A stretch of 64,000 nucleotides of DNA from Mobula hypostoma (lineage: Eukaryota), in the NCBI RefSeq assembly GCF_963921235.1, contig NC_086108.1, forward strand, positions 33,048,001 to 33,112,000, given 5' to 3'. Each line of letters starts with the position of its first letter. Positions within the stretch are counted from its first letter, which is position 1. The translations under genes and the position numbers were made by a program. The notes beneath the pieces are model-generated. The model saw only the letters and a list, made by a program, of their open reading frames with translations. It was not told the origin of the DNA and did no database searches. Below are positions 1 through 12,724 of this stretch, in pieces.

Positions 1-460
1 AAGAGTCTTCAGGTGATTGCCAGGATGGGTACGAGCTACTCTGATTATGCTACATTATTGCTGAGCATTTCCACACTCTGACCTCTCTCCAGCAGTCAAT
101 CTGTTCTTTGTTGATCATTTACTTGAACTGAGGGATGCGGAAGGAAGAGAATTGAATGAACTGTCTGCAAAGTGGAGGCTGGGGATTTGTAAAATATGAG
201 ACTATTTTGTTGCACCATCTGCTTCGATTCCAAAGATGGAATTGTGACAATATGCTGATGTTGGCACCATAGAGCAACTTATTCCATTTGACAATGGACT
301 ATCGTGGGATTAGATTTACCCTGCTCCCTCTGTCAACTGTCCACACTTTACTGATCAGGACAATGGTAACAAGAAGGATTAACCTGACATTATGGACTTC
401 TTAACCCAGGGCTATATCAACAGGGTTCCATTGATATTTTAACAGAACTACCTCAGAGTT

Positions 461-708
461 ATAAACAGAGGAGATTCTGCAAATGTTGGGAATCCAGAGC
501 AACACACACAAAAGGCTGGATGAACTCAGCAGGTCACCTATGTAAATAAGTAAACAGTCGATGTTTCAGGACAAGACCCTTCAGAAGGACAGGAAAGGAA
601 GGGGGAAGTTGCCAGAACAAGAAGGTGGGGGAGGGGAAGGAAGACAAGCTAGAATGTGACAGGTGAAGCCAGGTGGGTGGGGGAAGGGGGTGAAGTAAGA
701 AGCTGGGA
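461..708 (-). mobile_element. Penelope-like element terminal fragment with decayed hammerhead motif
   Basis: GATTCTGCAAATGTTGGGAATCCAGAGCAACACACACAAAAGGCTGGATGAACTCAGCAGG...GTCGATGTTTCAGGACAAGACCCTTCAG; the same block recurs at ~8985, ~42910, ~48760 and ~63177. Confidence 0.6.
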
Positions 709-1043
709 CTACAATCCCTGTGCAACGAGGTATAGGTATGTATCTCAAGAAATCATAATGTGAAGGGGAATCACAGAGGAACACCAAAGATGCACCAACA
801 GACTTTACAAACACATTGTCCAGGAATGGTGCGCCTTCCCCAAACATTAATAGTTGGCATAACAGGCATTGCAATGATATCTACCTTCATGAACAGGCTC
901 CAAGAAACATCAGAGCTGGCAGTGAGAATCAGAATCAGGTTTTATATCACTGCCATATGTGATGAAATGTGTTGCCTTTGTGGCAGCAGTACAAAGCAAT
1001 ACAGTACATAATAGAAGAGAAAAAAAACATGAATTACAGTAAG

Positions 1044-3606
1044 ACCATAAGGCATAAGAGCAGAATTAGGCCATTTGGCCCATCAAGTCTGCTCTGTCAT
1101 TCAATCATGACTGATCCTTTTTATTTCCCTCCTCAGCCCCACTCCCCGACCTTCTCCTTGTAACCTTTGATGCTGTTCCCAATCAAGAACCTATCAAACT
1201 CTGCTTTAAATACACCCAACAACCTGGCCTCCACAGCTGCCTGTGGTAACATATTCCACAAATTCACCACCCTCTGCCAAAAAAAATTCTCCGCATCTCT
1301 GACTTAAATGGACGCTCCTCTATCCTGAGGCTGTGCCCTCTTGTCCTATCACATCCTTTCCACATCTATTCTGTCTCGGCCTTCCAACATTCTAAAGGTT
1401 TTGATGAGATCCCCCTCATCCTTCTAAATTACAGCAAGTACAGACCCAGAGCCATTAATCGTTCCTCGTATGATAATTCTTTCATTCCCGGAATCATTCT
1501 TGTGAACCTCCTCTGAACCCTCTCCAATACCAGCACATCTTTTCTTACATGACGAGACCAAAACTGTTCACAATACTTAAGGTGAAGCCTCACCAGTGCT
1601 TTATAAAGCCTCAGCATCACATCCTGCTCTTGCATTCTAGACCTCCTGAAATGAAAACTAACAGTGCATTTGCCTTCCTTACCACTGACACAACCTGCAA
1701 GTTAACCTTTAGGGTGTTCTGCACAAGAACTCCCAAGTCCTTTTGCATCTCTGATTTTTGGATTTTTTCCCCATTTAGAAAATAGTTTGCACATTTATTT
1801 CTTCTACCAAAGTGCAAGACCATGCATTTTCCAATATAGTATTTCATTTACCACTTTTTTGCCCATTCTCCTTATCTGTCTAAGTCCTTCTACAGCCTTC
1901 CTTTTTCCTTAATGCTACCTGTCCCTCCACCAATCTTTGTATCATCTGCAAACTTGGCAACAAAGTCATCTATTCCATCATCTAAATAATTGATATACAG
2001 CATAAAAAGAAGCGATCCCAATACAGACCCCTGCGGAGCACCACTAGTCACTGGCAGCCAACCAGAAAAGGATGCTTTTATTCCCACTCGCTGCCTCTTC
2101 CCAATCAGCCAATGCCCATAGGTTTCCTGTAATACCATGGGCTCTTAACTTGGTAAGCAGCCTCATGTATGGCACCTTGTCAAAGGCCTTCTGAAAATCC
2201 GAATATGACAGTGATTGCATCCCTTTTATCTATCCTACTTGTAATCTCCTCAAAAAATTCCAAAGGTTCGTCAGGCAAGATTTTCCCTTAAGGAAACCAT
2301 GTTGATTTTGTCCTATCTTGTCCAGTGTCACCAAGTATTCCATAATCTCGTCCTTAACAATTGACTCTAACATCTTCCCAACCGCTGAGGTCAGGCTAAC
2401 TGGACTATAGTTTCCTTTCTGCTGCCTTCCTCCTTTCTTAAAGAGTGAAATAACATTTGCAATTTTCCAGTCCTCCGGAACCATGCCAGAGTCCAATGGT
2501 TCTTAAAAGATCATTACTAATGCCTCCGCAATCTCTACTGCTAACTCCTTCAGAACACTAGGGTGTAGTTCATCTGGTCTGGGTGACTTGTGTACCTTTA
2601 GATCTTTCAGCTTTTTCAGCACCTTCTCCCTTGTAATAGTAACTGCACTCTTCTCTTCCCTCACTCGCTTCAACACCTGGCACACTGCTAGTGTCTTCCA
2701 CAGAGAAGATAGATGCAAAATACTAATTTAGTTCATCTACTATCTCCTTGTCCCCCATTATTATTCCTCCGGCCTCATTTTCTAGCTGCCCTATATCTTC
2801 TCTCATCTCTCTTTTATTTCTTATAAACTTGAAAAAAGCTTTTACTACCCACTTTAAAATTGTTTGATAACTTACTTTCGTATTTCATCTTTTCTCTCCT
2901 AATGATTCTTTTAGTTGCTTTCTGTTGGTTTTTAAAAGCTTCTCAATTCTCTATCTCTAGAAGAAGAAGAAGAAAGCCCTTAACTCCGAGTGGAGTCATC
3001 GGGTCGCTGTCATGACAACGTTTTTTAGCAGGCTTTCTTATTTTTAATGAGGCCGAGTTGCTAGCTCGACGTTCAACCCAGTACAGATAGAAAGCGTGCA
3101 AGGGAGCTGGCTGGATTCGAACTCGGGAGCCTTCGCTCCGAAGTCCGGCACTGATGCCACTACGCCACCAGCCGGCTCTCTATCTCTATCTTCCCACTAA
3201 TTTTTGCTTTGTTGTATGCCCTCTCTATGTCATACTTCACTTTCTCCCTGTCAAATATCAAGTTGAACTCAATCATATTGTGAACACTGCCTCCTAAGGG
3301 TTTCTTTACCTTAAGCTCCTTAATTGCCTCCAGTTCATTACATAACAGCAATCCAGTAAAGCTGATCCCCCAGTAGACTAATGACAAACTGCACTAAAAT
3401 GCCATCTCTTAGGCATTCACGTAAAAGTGCAACAAGGTCATCCACCTTATTTCTTATTCTCTATGCACTGAGATATAACACTTTGAGTACTGCACTTGCT
3501 ACTCTTTTTCTAATGCACTGATTCTCACCCTGCCGGCTGCAATTTTGTCCTATCATCTGTCTGCCCTTCCTGACAGTCTGACTGCATGCTATCTTTGATT
3601 TTCACT
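1044..3606 (-). mobile_element. CR1 LINE, 5'-truncated, decayed ORF2 (reverse transcriptase)
   Basis: Minus-strand ORF pieces VPEDWKIANV..FKKG, GFLKGKSCLTNL, SGAPQGSVLG, KFADDTKIGG, LERVQRRFTRMIPG; CR1-type 3' end at 1044; 6-bp TSD AGTAAG (1038-1043 / 3607-3612). Confidence 0.92.
2959..3176 (-). mobile_element. tRNA-derived SINE inserted in CR1
   Basis: Minus strand: A box TGGCGTAGTGG, B box GAGTTCGAATCC, (TTC)n tail; perfect 11-bp TSD TCTCTATCTCT (2948-2958 / 3177-3187). Confidence 0.9.
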
Positions 3607-4986
3607 AGTAAGTTTATAAAAAAAATAGTTAAATTAAATAACTAGTGCAAAAATAAAAATAAAGTAAGTGGTGAGGTAGTGTTCATGTCCATTCAGAAAT
3701 CGGATGGCAGAGGGGAAGAAGCTATTCCTGAATTATTGATTGTTTGCCTTCAGGCTCCTGTACCTCCTTCCTGATGGTAGTAATGAGAACAAGGCATGTC
3801 CTGGGTGATGGGGGTCCTTAATGATGGATGCTGCCTTTTGAGGGATCGCTCTGTGAAGATGTCCTGGATACTACGGACTATCAGATATGTCCATGCATTC
3901 CTTGAGGCATGTCATGTGCCTTCTGGATGTGACTGTGTGTGATGTTACAAATAGGATGAGGGATATCTTAATTTGATCTTACAGTGGTTCACTAGTCACG
4001 AGTACAGTAGCACGGTGTTATATTATGGTCAGGTATTCAGAGGGCTAGATCTGACAATATGCTGAAATCCTACCATGGGAACTGATAATTTAAAGTCAGT
4101 TAACAATTCTGGAAGGCTGGTACGAGCAAATGTGTTAATTAAATTACTACAAAAACTCATATGAATCAGTAATGGCCTGCAGGAGAGGATATCTGGCATT
4201 TTTGCCTTGCCTGATTCTAGACCAAGAAGTTGGCCTAGTTTAGGGGAAATTTGGGATGAACAGAGAATTTTTGACTGAGTCACTGGTGGCCTAATTCCAC
4301 CTATGCTGGCAGAGATGTGGATGGCAGAAGTAAGCCTGCCGTTCTTCTTGACTATCCACCTTCTGAGGAGTCTAATTGTGTTTAGATCTGACACCACATA
4401 AATGGCTGCTCTTAAGCTGTTTCTGGACAGTGGTTGACTGATGTTTCGTCAACTCATTCAAATGCATGTACCACAATAATAACCATTCAAGTATGGGGAT
4501 AGCTCTGACATTGTTAATCACCATTCAAGTATGGGGGTGGCTCGGACATTGTTACGCATCATTGACAGTAGAATACCCTTTAAGATTCAAGGCAGACTGA
4601 GGGAACCAATCACTGGTATGGCTTGTTTGGCAAAATAATATGTGAATGATAATGATGTCTTGTCCTTAAATTTGTATTCTTGTTTTTCCCCAGGTTACTC
4701 TTGCTATCAGGGTCACACACCCTTTCCCCACTTTCTCTCAAATTTATGGCCATTTTGTTTCAAAAACATTTCAGTTTTATTTTGTTAATTCGGGTTTTGT
4801 TAAAGTGCTCCTGTAAAGTCATTCATGGGATAACATTCTGAATTCTCACTCACTATCTGGCAATAGAGTCTTATCCTGTTTTTTTTTTCTGGTGGTTCTG
4901 CTCTGGGTAGGTGAGAAGGTGAAGAAAGATGGTATCAGAAACAAAAAGTGAAAGTTGCTGCAGCTTCAAGGGAGAGTAAATCCCAT

Positions 4987-5778
4987 GGTCACGTGGTGTG
5001 AGCAGAATTATCTGCAGCTTAACGTGAAAAAGACTAAGGAGCTGGTGGTAGACCTGAGGAGAGCTAAGGTACCGGTGACCCCCTGTTTCCATCCAGGGGG
5101 TCAGTGTGGACATGGTGGAGGATTACAAATACCTGGGGATACGAATTGACAATAAACTGGACTGGTCAAAGAACACTGAGGCTGTCTACAAGAAGGGTCA
5201 GAGCCGTCTCTATTTCCTGAGGAGACTGAGGTCCTTTAACATCTGTCAGACGATGCTGAGGATGTTCTATGAGTCTGTGGTGGCCAGTGCTATCATGTTT
5301 GCTGTTGTGGGCTGGGGCAGCAGGCTGAGGGTGGCAGACACCAACAGAATCAACAAACTCATTCGTAAGGCCAGTGATGTTGTGGGGATGGAACTGGACT
5401 CTCTCACGGTGGTGTCTGAAAAGAGGATGCTGTCTAAGTTGCATGCCATCTTGGTCAATGTCTCCCATCCACTACATAATGTACTGGGTGGGGACAGGGA
5501 TACATTTAGCCAGAGACTCATTCCACCGAGATGCAGCACTGAGCATCATAGGAAGTCATTCCTGCCTGTGGCCATCAAACTTTACAACCCCTCCCTTGGA
5601 GGTTCAGACATCCTGAGCCAATAGGCTGGTCCTGCACTTATTTCATAATTCACTGGCATAATTTACATCTTACTATTTAACTATTTATGGTTCTATTACT
5701 ATTTACTATTTATGGAGCGACTGTAATGAAAACCAATTTCCCCCGGGATCAATAAAGTATGACTATGACTATGACTAT
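4987..5778 (+). mobile_element. Rex1/Babar-type LINE 3' fragment (RT C-terminus)
   Basis: WCEQNYLQLNVKKTKELVVD and ORF 5106-5624 (YKYLGIRIDNKLDW...RLYFLRRLRSF); AATAAA followed by a (GACTAT)n tail. Confidence 0.88.
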
Positions 5779-6261
5779 ATGAAATGGTAAGTGATTTGCA
5801 GGTTGTACCTTCCTACCAGACTGCACAGAGCACAAAGGAACACAGTCTGGCAATTCTCTGAGCAGCAATATACAACGAAGCATCACTTCTGCAGCGAGGC
5901 TGTCACAGAAGTGTTTTATTTCCCACAGCAAATTCAGTGGCCAACAGCTATAATGTTGCCTGCGGTAGTCAAGGTCATCACGTGCCTGAGCCACTTTGTC
6001 TCTGACTCCTACTAGGCTTCCAGAGGGAATATCAGTAACAGCCGACAGTCTGCACTCCATGCTTGCGAGGAGCAGGTGACTGACGCCAAACATTTTCCGC
6101 ATACCTCCCAGTTACGCAGGGCTTTGGCACAGAGGTCTGCTCTAGTATAAAATTAAAATCAAACCCAAACTCAACCCAATCTTGGCCAATTGAAGCCCAG
6201 TTTGAGCCTGAGTACTTACAATGATTTTCATTCCTGACAAGATTTGAAACCAATATACAGT

Positions 6262-7375
6262 AAACATCATTGCAAAGAAAGCACAACAGTGCCTCCACTT
6301 CCTTGGGACTGTGGAGATCTGGCATGTCATCAAAAACCTTGGAAAACTTCTATTGATGTCTGTTGGAAATTGTGCTGACTGGCTGCATTACCTCCTAGTA
6401 TGGGAACACCGATGACTTTCAGTGAAAAATCTTACAAAAGGTGGTAGATATGGCCAAATATATCACAGGTCATTGTCGTCATCGCAGCTACCCCTCGAGG
6501 TCGAGGACGATGGTCTTCATTCTGAAGAAGTGGTCCACAGAGTGAAGATGCCCGTGCATGTATTTGTTTAACGTGTACTTGATGTTGCACTCCAAGAAGC
6601 ACACGATACTTCACAAGTCAACCAACTGATTCCAATGGCATGGAAACCACAACAATTGGAGCTGATGGATTTGTTGCAGCCTTCATCCGCCTTCACAGCC
6701 GTTGAGTTCGAAGTAACTTCGTCCACTTGTTCCACTGTTGAGGTCTTGGTTGGATTGTTCTTTGTCAGGGACCTCACCCTCGACCTTACCGCCATGGGTG
6801 ACCCTACCAGAAGCATAGATCCAGACGGCATCGATCTCGGGATCACAGGTCCACACTAGCTTCTCCACCACGACAAGGTGACAATCCACGGAGAAGAGCA
6901 CAGGTAAAACCCTCCCAACCACCGAGCACATCTACATGAAATGTTGCCGTAGAAAAGCAGAGATCAGTAGATAAGCACCAAAGATCCTCACCACCCAGGT
7001 CGTGCACCTTTCTTGCTGCTGCCATCAGGTAGAAGGTACAAGAGCCTTAGTTCTTGCACCATCAGGTTCAAGAGCAGTTACTGTCCCTCAGCCATCAGGC
7101 TCTTGAACAAAAGGGAATACACTACACTCATTCTTCTTCTGGTTTTCCCACAACCAATGATCTCACATTAAGGACTCTTTACCTTATTATTTCATGCTTG
7201 TTATTTATTGCTATTTATTATATTTGCATTTGCACAGTTGGTTGTGCATTGATCCTGTTTACAGTTACTGTTCTATAGATTTGCTAAGTGTGCTCGCAAA
7301 AAAAGAATCCCAGGGTTGTATGTGGTGACATGCATGTACTCTGACAACAAATTTTGCTTTGAACTTTGCACTTTG
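6262..7375 (+). mobile_element. Rex1/Babar-like LINE 3' fragment interrupted at 6470
   Basis: KKAQQCLHFL...FY...LTGCIT...KVVD...PS.RRYKSL-type peptide relics; (ACTTTG)-like tail at 7352-7375. Confidence 0.75.
6471..6898 (-). mobile_element. Non-autonomous bipartite RTE derivative (5' UTR joined to 3' tail)
   Basis: 7-bp TSD CACAGGT (6464-6470 / 6899-6905); the 5' part aligns with the RTE 5' UTR at 31817-31985; the 3' end resembles the RTE tail at 41455-41500; no ORF. Confidence 0.8.
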
Positions 7376-7549
7376 TACACCTGGGCCCTGTTCTAACTGG
7401 CCTGTGCCATCCTACAACCTGCCTTGTCCGCATCTGTCTTCACAGATTACTTGGGCTCTACTCCTTTTATGTGCAGATACCAGACCCTTCCTTCTTAAGG
7501 CAATTTTCCTATTACTCTTGAGCATTGATGAAGAGACTGATGAGAAGGA

Positions 7550-8960
7550 GAGAAGGCCTGTCCCCTTTGGCTCAATTGATCCTTGCGAATCGTGTGACAA
7601 AAGTACACATAGACTAAGATATTGACTGTCCTGTGCTATCACCAGTGGGATCATCAGTTGATCTGCCACCTGTCTTCAGGAGAGAGAGATAAGTAAGACA
7701 ATGGAGCAGCATTCGGAAATGTTAATGAGGAGATGAGCGAGTTTAACGGAAGGAGACACCGGTCTGAGTATTGTCAAGACCGGCTGCTTTGAACCCTGAA
7801 CTGTTTGAAGTCTGAGGGACAGGCGAGACCCCAACAGGGGGGATAAAAAGGGACAGGTTCGCTAAGGCAACAGACACCACACACGACACCACGAGGTAAT
7901 GAGACCCTGGAAGCGGTGCGCCCCCACAAGTCGGTGGGAGTTTTGGAGGTCTGATTGCAGGACCAGCCATAGGCGCACAGGGTGGAAAGATACGGTCGGC
8001 GGGAACCTGGTGTGTGTCCGCCCTTGCCTGGATGCCGGGTTCACCGCTGAAGAACGATCGGGTCTGGAACGGAGGGGTCACAGTCGGTGACCTCAGAAGA
8101 CATTACAAAGGGCTCGCCCAAAAGCTAACTGCAAGGAATATCGAAGGTCTGTTTGGAATCCGATTTGCATATTCATTCGTTCTCTCTCTCTCTCCAACGG
8201 CACGACGGCGATTACTGCGAACTGAACTAAACTGAACTCTGTCACTTGTGATTGATCATCTTACCCCTAGACCGCGATAGAGCTTGATTGACCCTATTAT
8301 CCTAGTTCTGTGTACGTGTGTGTTTATTCATTGCTAACCTGTTGCATTTATATCCTTACTATTAGAGTACTGTGTTGCTTATTTCTTTAATAAAACTTTC
8401 TTAGTTCCAGTAATCCAGACTCCAACTGAGTGGTCCATTTCTGCTGGTTTGGCAACCAGTTACGGGGTACGTAACAATCGAAATTCCCACCTAATCTAAT
8501 CCCATTTAGCCATGTTTGGTCCAAATTCCTGAAAACCTTTCCTATCCCTATACATGTCCATGTACCTTTTAAATGCTGTTAATTTACTTGCCATAACCAC
8601 TTTCTCTGCAGCTCAGTTCATGTACTGACTACTCTATGGATGGAAAATTTGCCCCTCAGGTTCCTATTACATCTCTCCCATTTTACCTCAAACTTATGCC
8701 CTCTAGTTCTTGATTCCATTATGCCAGGAAGAGGGCAGTGCACACTGACCATATCTAGGTCTCTCAAGATTTTATATCAGATCACCCTTCATTCTGCTAT
8801 GCTCCAATGGGAAAGTCCCAACCTGCTCAAACTCTCCATATAACTTAGTCCCTCAAGTTCCTTGTAAACCTCCTCTGCATTGTCTCCGTATTAACAGCAT
8901 CTTGCCTATAGCAGGGTGACCAAAACTGAACAGAATTTTCCAAATGGGGCCTCACCAATG
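7550..8960 (-). mobile_element. Old CR1 3' fragment split by solo LTR A1
   Basis: AGGCC...TTTGGCTCAA-type 3' stem at 7555-7590 and CR1-like sequence 8485-8960 similar to the other CR1 copies in the window. Confidence 0.6.
7593..8476 (+). mobile_element. Solo LTR, family A, copy 1
   Basis: TGTGAC...GTACGTAACA termini, 4-bp TSD ATCG (7589-7592 / 8477-8480), AATAAA near the 3' end; homologous to 11765-12724 and 13687-14608. Confidence 0.93.
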
Positions 8961-9679
8961 TACATCCCAACAACACAATGAGACACAAGAAACCACAGAT
9001 GCCAGAATAGGGAGCAGCAAACAAGATCCTGAATGGACTCAGGCAGCATCTGTGGAGGGAAATTGACCTGATTTTTCAGGTTTCAACCTTTCACCTGGAC
9101 TGACCTGCTGTGTTCCCCTAGCATCTTGGGCGTGGCCTGAGGCACGTTGAGCTGGTAGTGCTGACTGTAGCAATCTTCAGAGTTAACTTAGCATTGCACC
9201 CAGTGTCTGACCACAGGGCTCTGATCCCACTCTGCACCTGCTCTATATCTTGGATCTCAGGATGTATTCTTTCCACCATGATCTGCCCCACTAGACCCTA
9301 GACCCACTCTCTGCCTCCTTTATATCCTGCACCTGCTTCCTCACAATTCCGTGTTATGCCTTCCCTATTCTAGGCCCCTTACACTTTGTAGTGGAACTTT
9401 ATGACCCTGCACCCTGCACCAGCAGTGTCCCATTCCAATCCCTCCCCCATACTTGCCCCACACCACACCTTCCTTTCTCAGTTAACCTGCCCCACTGCTG
9501 CTACACTCTACGGGAGTAAATGGTTCAGAGGGGAAGGTTTTTTTCTCACAGATGCATTTGGAGTTTGGGTCACACTGTTTGGCAGAGTAGTGGAGGCAAA
9601 GATTCTTCTGATATTTAGAAGAACTCTTGACTTGCAGGACATTCTAGGATACAGACCAAGTGCAGGTGAGTGGTGTTAG

Positions 9680-10200
9680 TCAGATTTGTTTGTCACATGT
9701 ACATCGGAACATACAGTGAAAGTGCATCAGTTACATCACCACACATTCAGGTGCCAACACAGCATGCCCACAGTGTTTAGGAGAACAACACAAGCAGCAT
9801 CAAACACAACAACGACAAAAGCAAAACAAGACCACAGCAAAACAAACCCGTTTCCCACTCCCCCATACACAGATAGGGCTCTAACCCCAGGATCGGCTGC
9901 CTCCAGGCCTCCAGTTCTTGGCTTTGGACTCTCAGACATTGGGCCTCCAACTTTAGACTTCACCGATCCTGAGTTTGACCTTTGATCCTCGACCCTAGGA
10001 CTCACTGACTATAGATTTGACCCCCAGGCCACAACTTCCCACTTGCATGGACTTCCAACCAGGCGACCAAGGTCTTCACAGATCCTTCAGGCTATTACCT
10101 CCAGACTCGTTGACTGTGTATGGACACCTAGGCCTTGACAGCCAGACTCACATGGACCTCTGACCCCATTGGCATGCAGGGATCACCAACTCCTAACACC
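9680..10200 (-). mobile_element. LINE/SINE-like fragment with internal short degenerate repeats; preceded by a short + strand CR1 3' piece (~9525-9675)
   Basis: TTTGTCACATGTACATCGGAACATACAGTGAAA LINE-tail-like motif; repeated GACCTCCAG/GACTC words. Confidence 0.4.
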
Positions 10201-11353
10201 TATTTCTTTCCAGATGTTTGGGAATTCTCCTTCTTGATATAGCAGCAACCATTCATAAGAAGCAGGAGCGACATAGAATAGTTTCACCTTTCACGCAGAA
10301 GACTGTGCACAATATGGATTGCCATTTCAGTTGCCAGGAACAATGGCGGCTCCTGAAAATAAGTAAAATGGAGTATTTAGGGGATGCATTGTCATAAATT
10401 GCTTTGTGTATTTATATATTCAGACACACACAACTCATACACTCATGTGCACACTCTTAGAAGTATTACAATTTCTTCACTTTTATGCACTAGCTTATTA
10501 AGTAACCAGTGTCCTATATTCTCCTAGTTCTTGGCTGTCCCAGCAATCAAGAAAAATGCCAATTCTGAAGGATGGACCAAGGATATTCTTTACAACGTAC
10601 TTCTAATGCTGATAATGCATAACACTAAACCCTGAGAGAACAAAAGGCTGCTTTGCATTCACACAATAACCGATCATTTCAATAAAAATAGCCGCTGCAT
10701 AAAGAATATAACTTTTTTTTCTTACAGACTGCTTGCAGCAATGACTGAGTGGATTTAATTTTAATAAAAATCAGCCTGTACCATGATAAGACTGATGCTT
10801 TGATCTGAGGCTGTCATTTTGAAGCAGTGTTCACAGAGATTAGTTGGTCACTAAATCACAGCTTGAAACTCTCAGACTATTTTTCTGTGGTGCCCCATGC
10901 ATCCATTTGCACTGTCCAGCTCCCCTCTTTTGGCATCTAACACAGTTTTTGTTGCCAGTACTACTCCTCACACCCAACGTTATTAATTCACGTCTTTCCT
11001 CTGCTGGAAAGAGGCTGATATCCCTCAACATAACAACCAGTTGATCAGGTCTGATGTGTACAGTACCCTATCCTCACACTTCAGAAAACTTCAAATAGAT
11101 AATGTTGAAAGACCAAACGGAGTTCCTCACAGGTTACTTCTGATCACCTTTGCAGGGAAATCAGCTCCCATTCCTGCACAGATGACAGCCAAACTTCAGT
11201 ACTTATCTACACAACAAGCATCTCAACATACTCAAGGATGAAGGCAGTTTATTTCAGCTGAAGTCTTCTGCATTGGCTTATTCTTTCAATATATCTTGAC
11301 CTAATTATAAACAAGTTAGAAACAGAAAGGAATCCATGAAGTAACTATAACTG

Positions 11354-11764
11354 AGTACTGTGCTGAAGTCTTAGGTACCCGAATTTTTATTATATGGTTT
11401 CAGATGGCATGGCCTCCACTGAGCGCTGAGCTCAATGTCATCAGAGCTGTCTGGGATTACCTGGAGGGACAGAAGCAAGCGAGACAGCCAAAGTCTGCAG
11501 AAGAACTGTGACAACTTCTACAAGATGCTTGGAACAACTCATCAGCAGATTTTCTGATAAAACTGCTTGACAGTGTACCTAAGAGAATTGATGCAGTTTT
11601 AAAGGGTGGTCACATCAAAGATTGATTAGAATTCATTTTTTTACTGTTTACTGTTCTTTATAGTTTTTTATATTTAGCAACTTTTCATTTCATTACAGTA
11701 TTTTGAAGTATCTTCACTTTACAGAATTTTTTTTACATGTACCTATGACTTTTGCACAGTACTG
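11354..11764 (+). mobile_element. Internally deleted Tc1-like element
   Basis: TIRs AGTACTGTGCTGAAGTCTTAGG / CCTATGACTTTTGCACAGTACTG; internal transposase C-terminus MAWPPLSAELNVIRAVWDYL...PKRIDAVLKGGH. The terminal TA is displaced to 12729 by solo LTR A2. Confidence 0.85.
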
Positions 11765-12724
11765 TGTGACAAGAATACACATAAATTAAGATGTTTGCTG
11801 GCCTGGGCTAGCAACAGTGACATGAGCAGTTGGTCTGCCACCTGTCCTCGGGGGGTGGGGGGGGGGAGAGATAAGGAACAATGAAGCAGCATTTGGAGAT
11901 GTTAATGAAGGAGCCATCAGTCTGTGTATTGTCAAGATCAGCTCCCCCTTTGAACCCTGAACTGTTTGAAGTGATGGACAGGCGATCTGGAGATGTGTAA
12001 TGAAGGGACGGGAGAGAGAGCTGTCTAGAGAGGCTCCCCCTTTGAACCCTGAACTATTTAAAGTGATGGACAGGCAATACCCCAGCAGGGGGATAAAAGG
12101 GGACAGGTTTGCTAAGGCAGGACACACACGACACCCGAAGTAACGAGACCCTGGAAGCGGTGCGCCTCTCACAAGTCGGTGGGAGGTATTGGGCCATAAA
12201 CGCCCAGGGTGGAAAGGTACGATCAGCGGGAACCCGGTGTGTGTCCGCCCTCGCTTGGGTGCCGGGTTCACGGCAGAGGATCGACTGCATCTGGAGGAGG
12301 GGTCACAGTCGGTGACCTCAGGTGACATCACAAAGGACCCGCCCGAAAGCTGCCTGTGAGCAATATCGCCGGTCTGTGAGTGGAAGCCGTTTCTGAATGA
12401 TCAGTCGTTCTCGATCTCTCTCTCCCTCCCCCCACGTTGTCCATTGCCATGGCAATGATTACTGTGAACTGAACTAAATTGGACTGAACTTTGTGTCACT
12501 TTGGAATTGGTCATTTACCCCTAGACAACGATAGAGCTTGATTGATGGTGTTATCTTAATTCTGTGCACATGTGTGTTTATCATTGCTGAACTGTTGCAT
12601 TTATTATCCTTTCGATTACTGTGTTGCTTGTTTCTTTAATAAAACTTCCTTAGTTCTAGTAATCCAGACCAACTGAGTGATCCATTTCTGCTGGTATGGC
12701 AACCCAGTTACGGGGTACGTAACA
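11765..12724 (+). mobile_element. Solo LTR, family A, copy 2 (diverged subfamily, internal ~95-bp duplication)
   Basis: TG...CA termini, TSD ACTG (11761-11764 / 12725-12728). Confidence 0.93.

Larger units (their letters stand above)
925..3890 (-). mobile_element. Rex1/Babar-like LINE 3' fragment (925-1037 and 3613-3890) split by a CR1 insertion
   Basis: (AGAATC)n tail at 925; 3690-3890 is homologous to the Rex1-like copy at 62490-62680 (AASIIKDPHHPGHALFSLLPSGRRYRS-type region on the minus strand). Confidence 0.7.
1..4830 (+). pseudogene. Possible very old, fragmented L1/Tx1-like LINE 3' region (pieces 1-460, 710-924, ~3890-4830) interrupted by younger elements
   Basis: Only weak peptide echoes: LSRNGAPSPNI (~818-850) resembles the LP..GGL..PN motif after LINE RT; EDIWHFC (~4185) and WDEQRIF (~4252) resemble the LINE C-terminal zinc-knuckle region; T-rich tail. 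Many stops. Confidence 0.25.

Noticed and set aside
3100..3176. Possible tRNA gene (A/B boxes), also at 46609-46670
   Set aside because: Followed by SINE body, tail and TSD; no convincing acceptor stem.
4482..4554. 38-bp two-copy direct repeat
   Set aside because: Ordinary local tandem duplication with no further structure.
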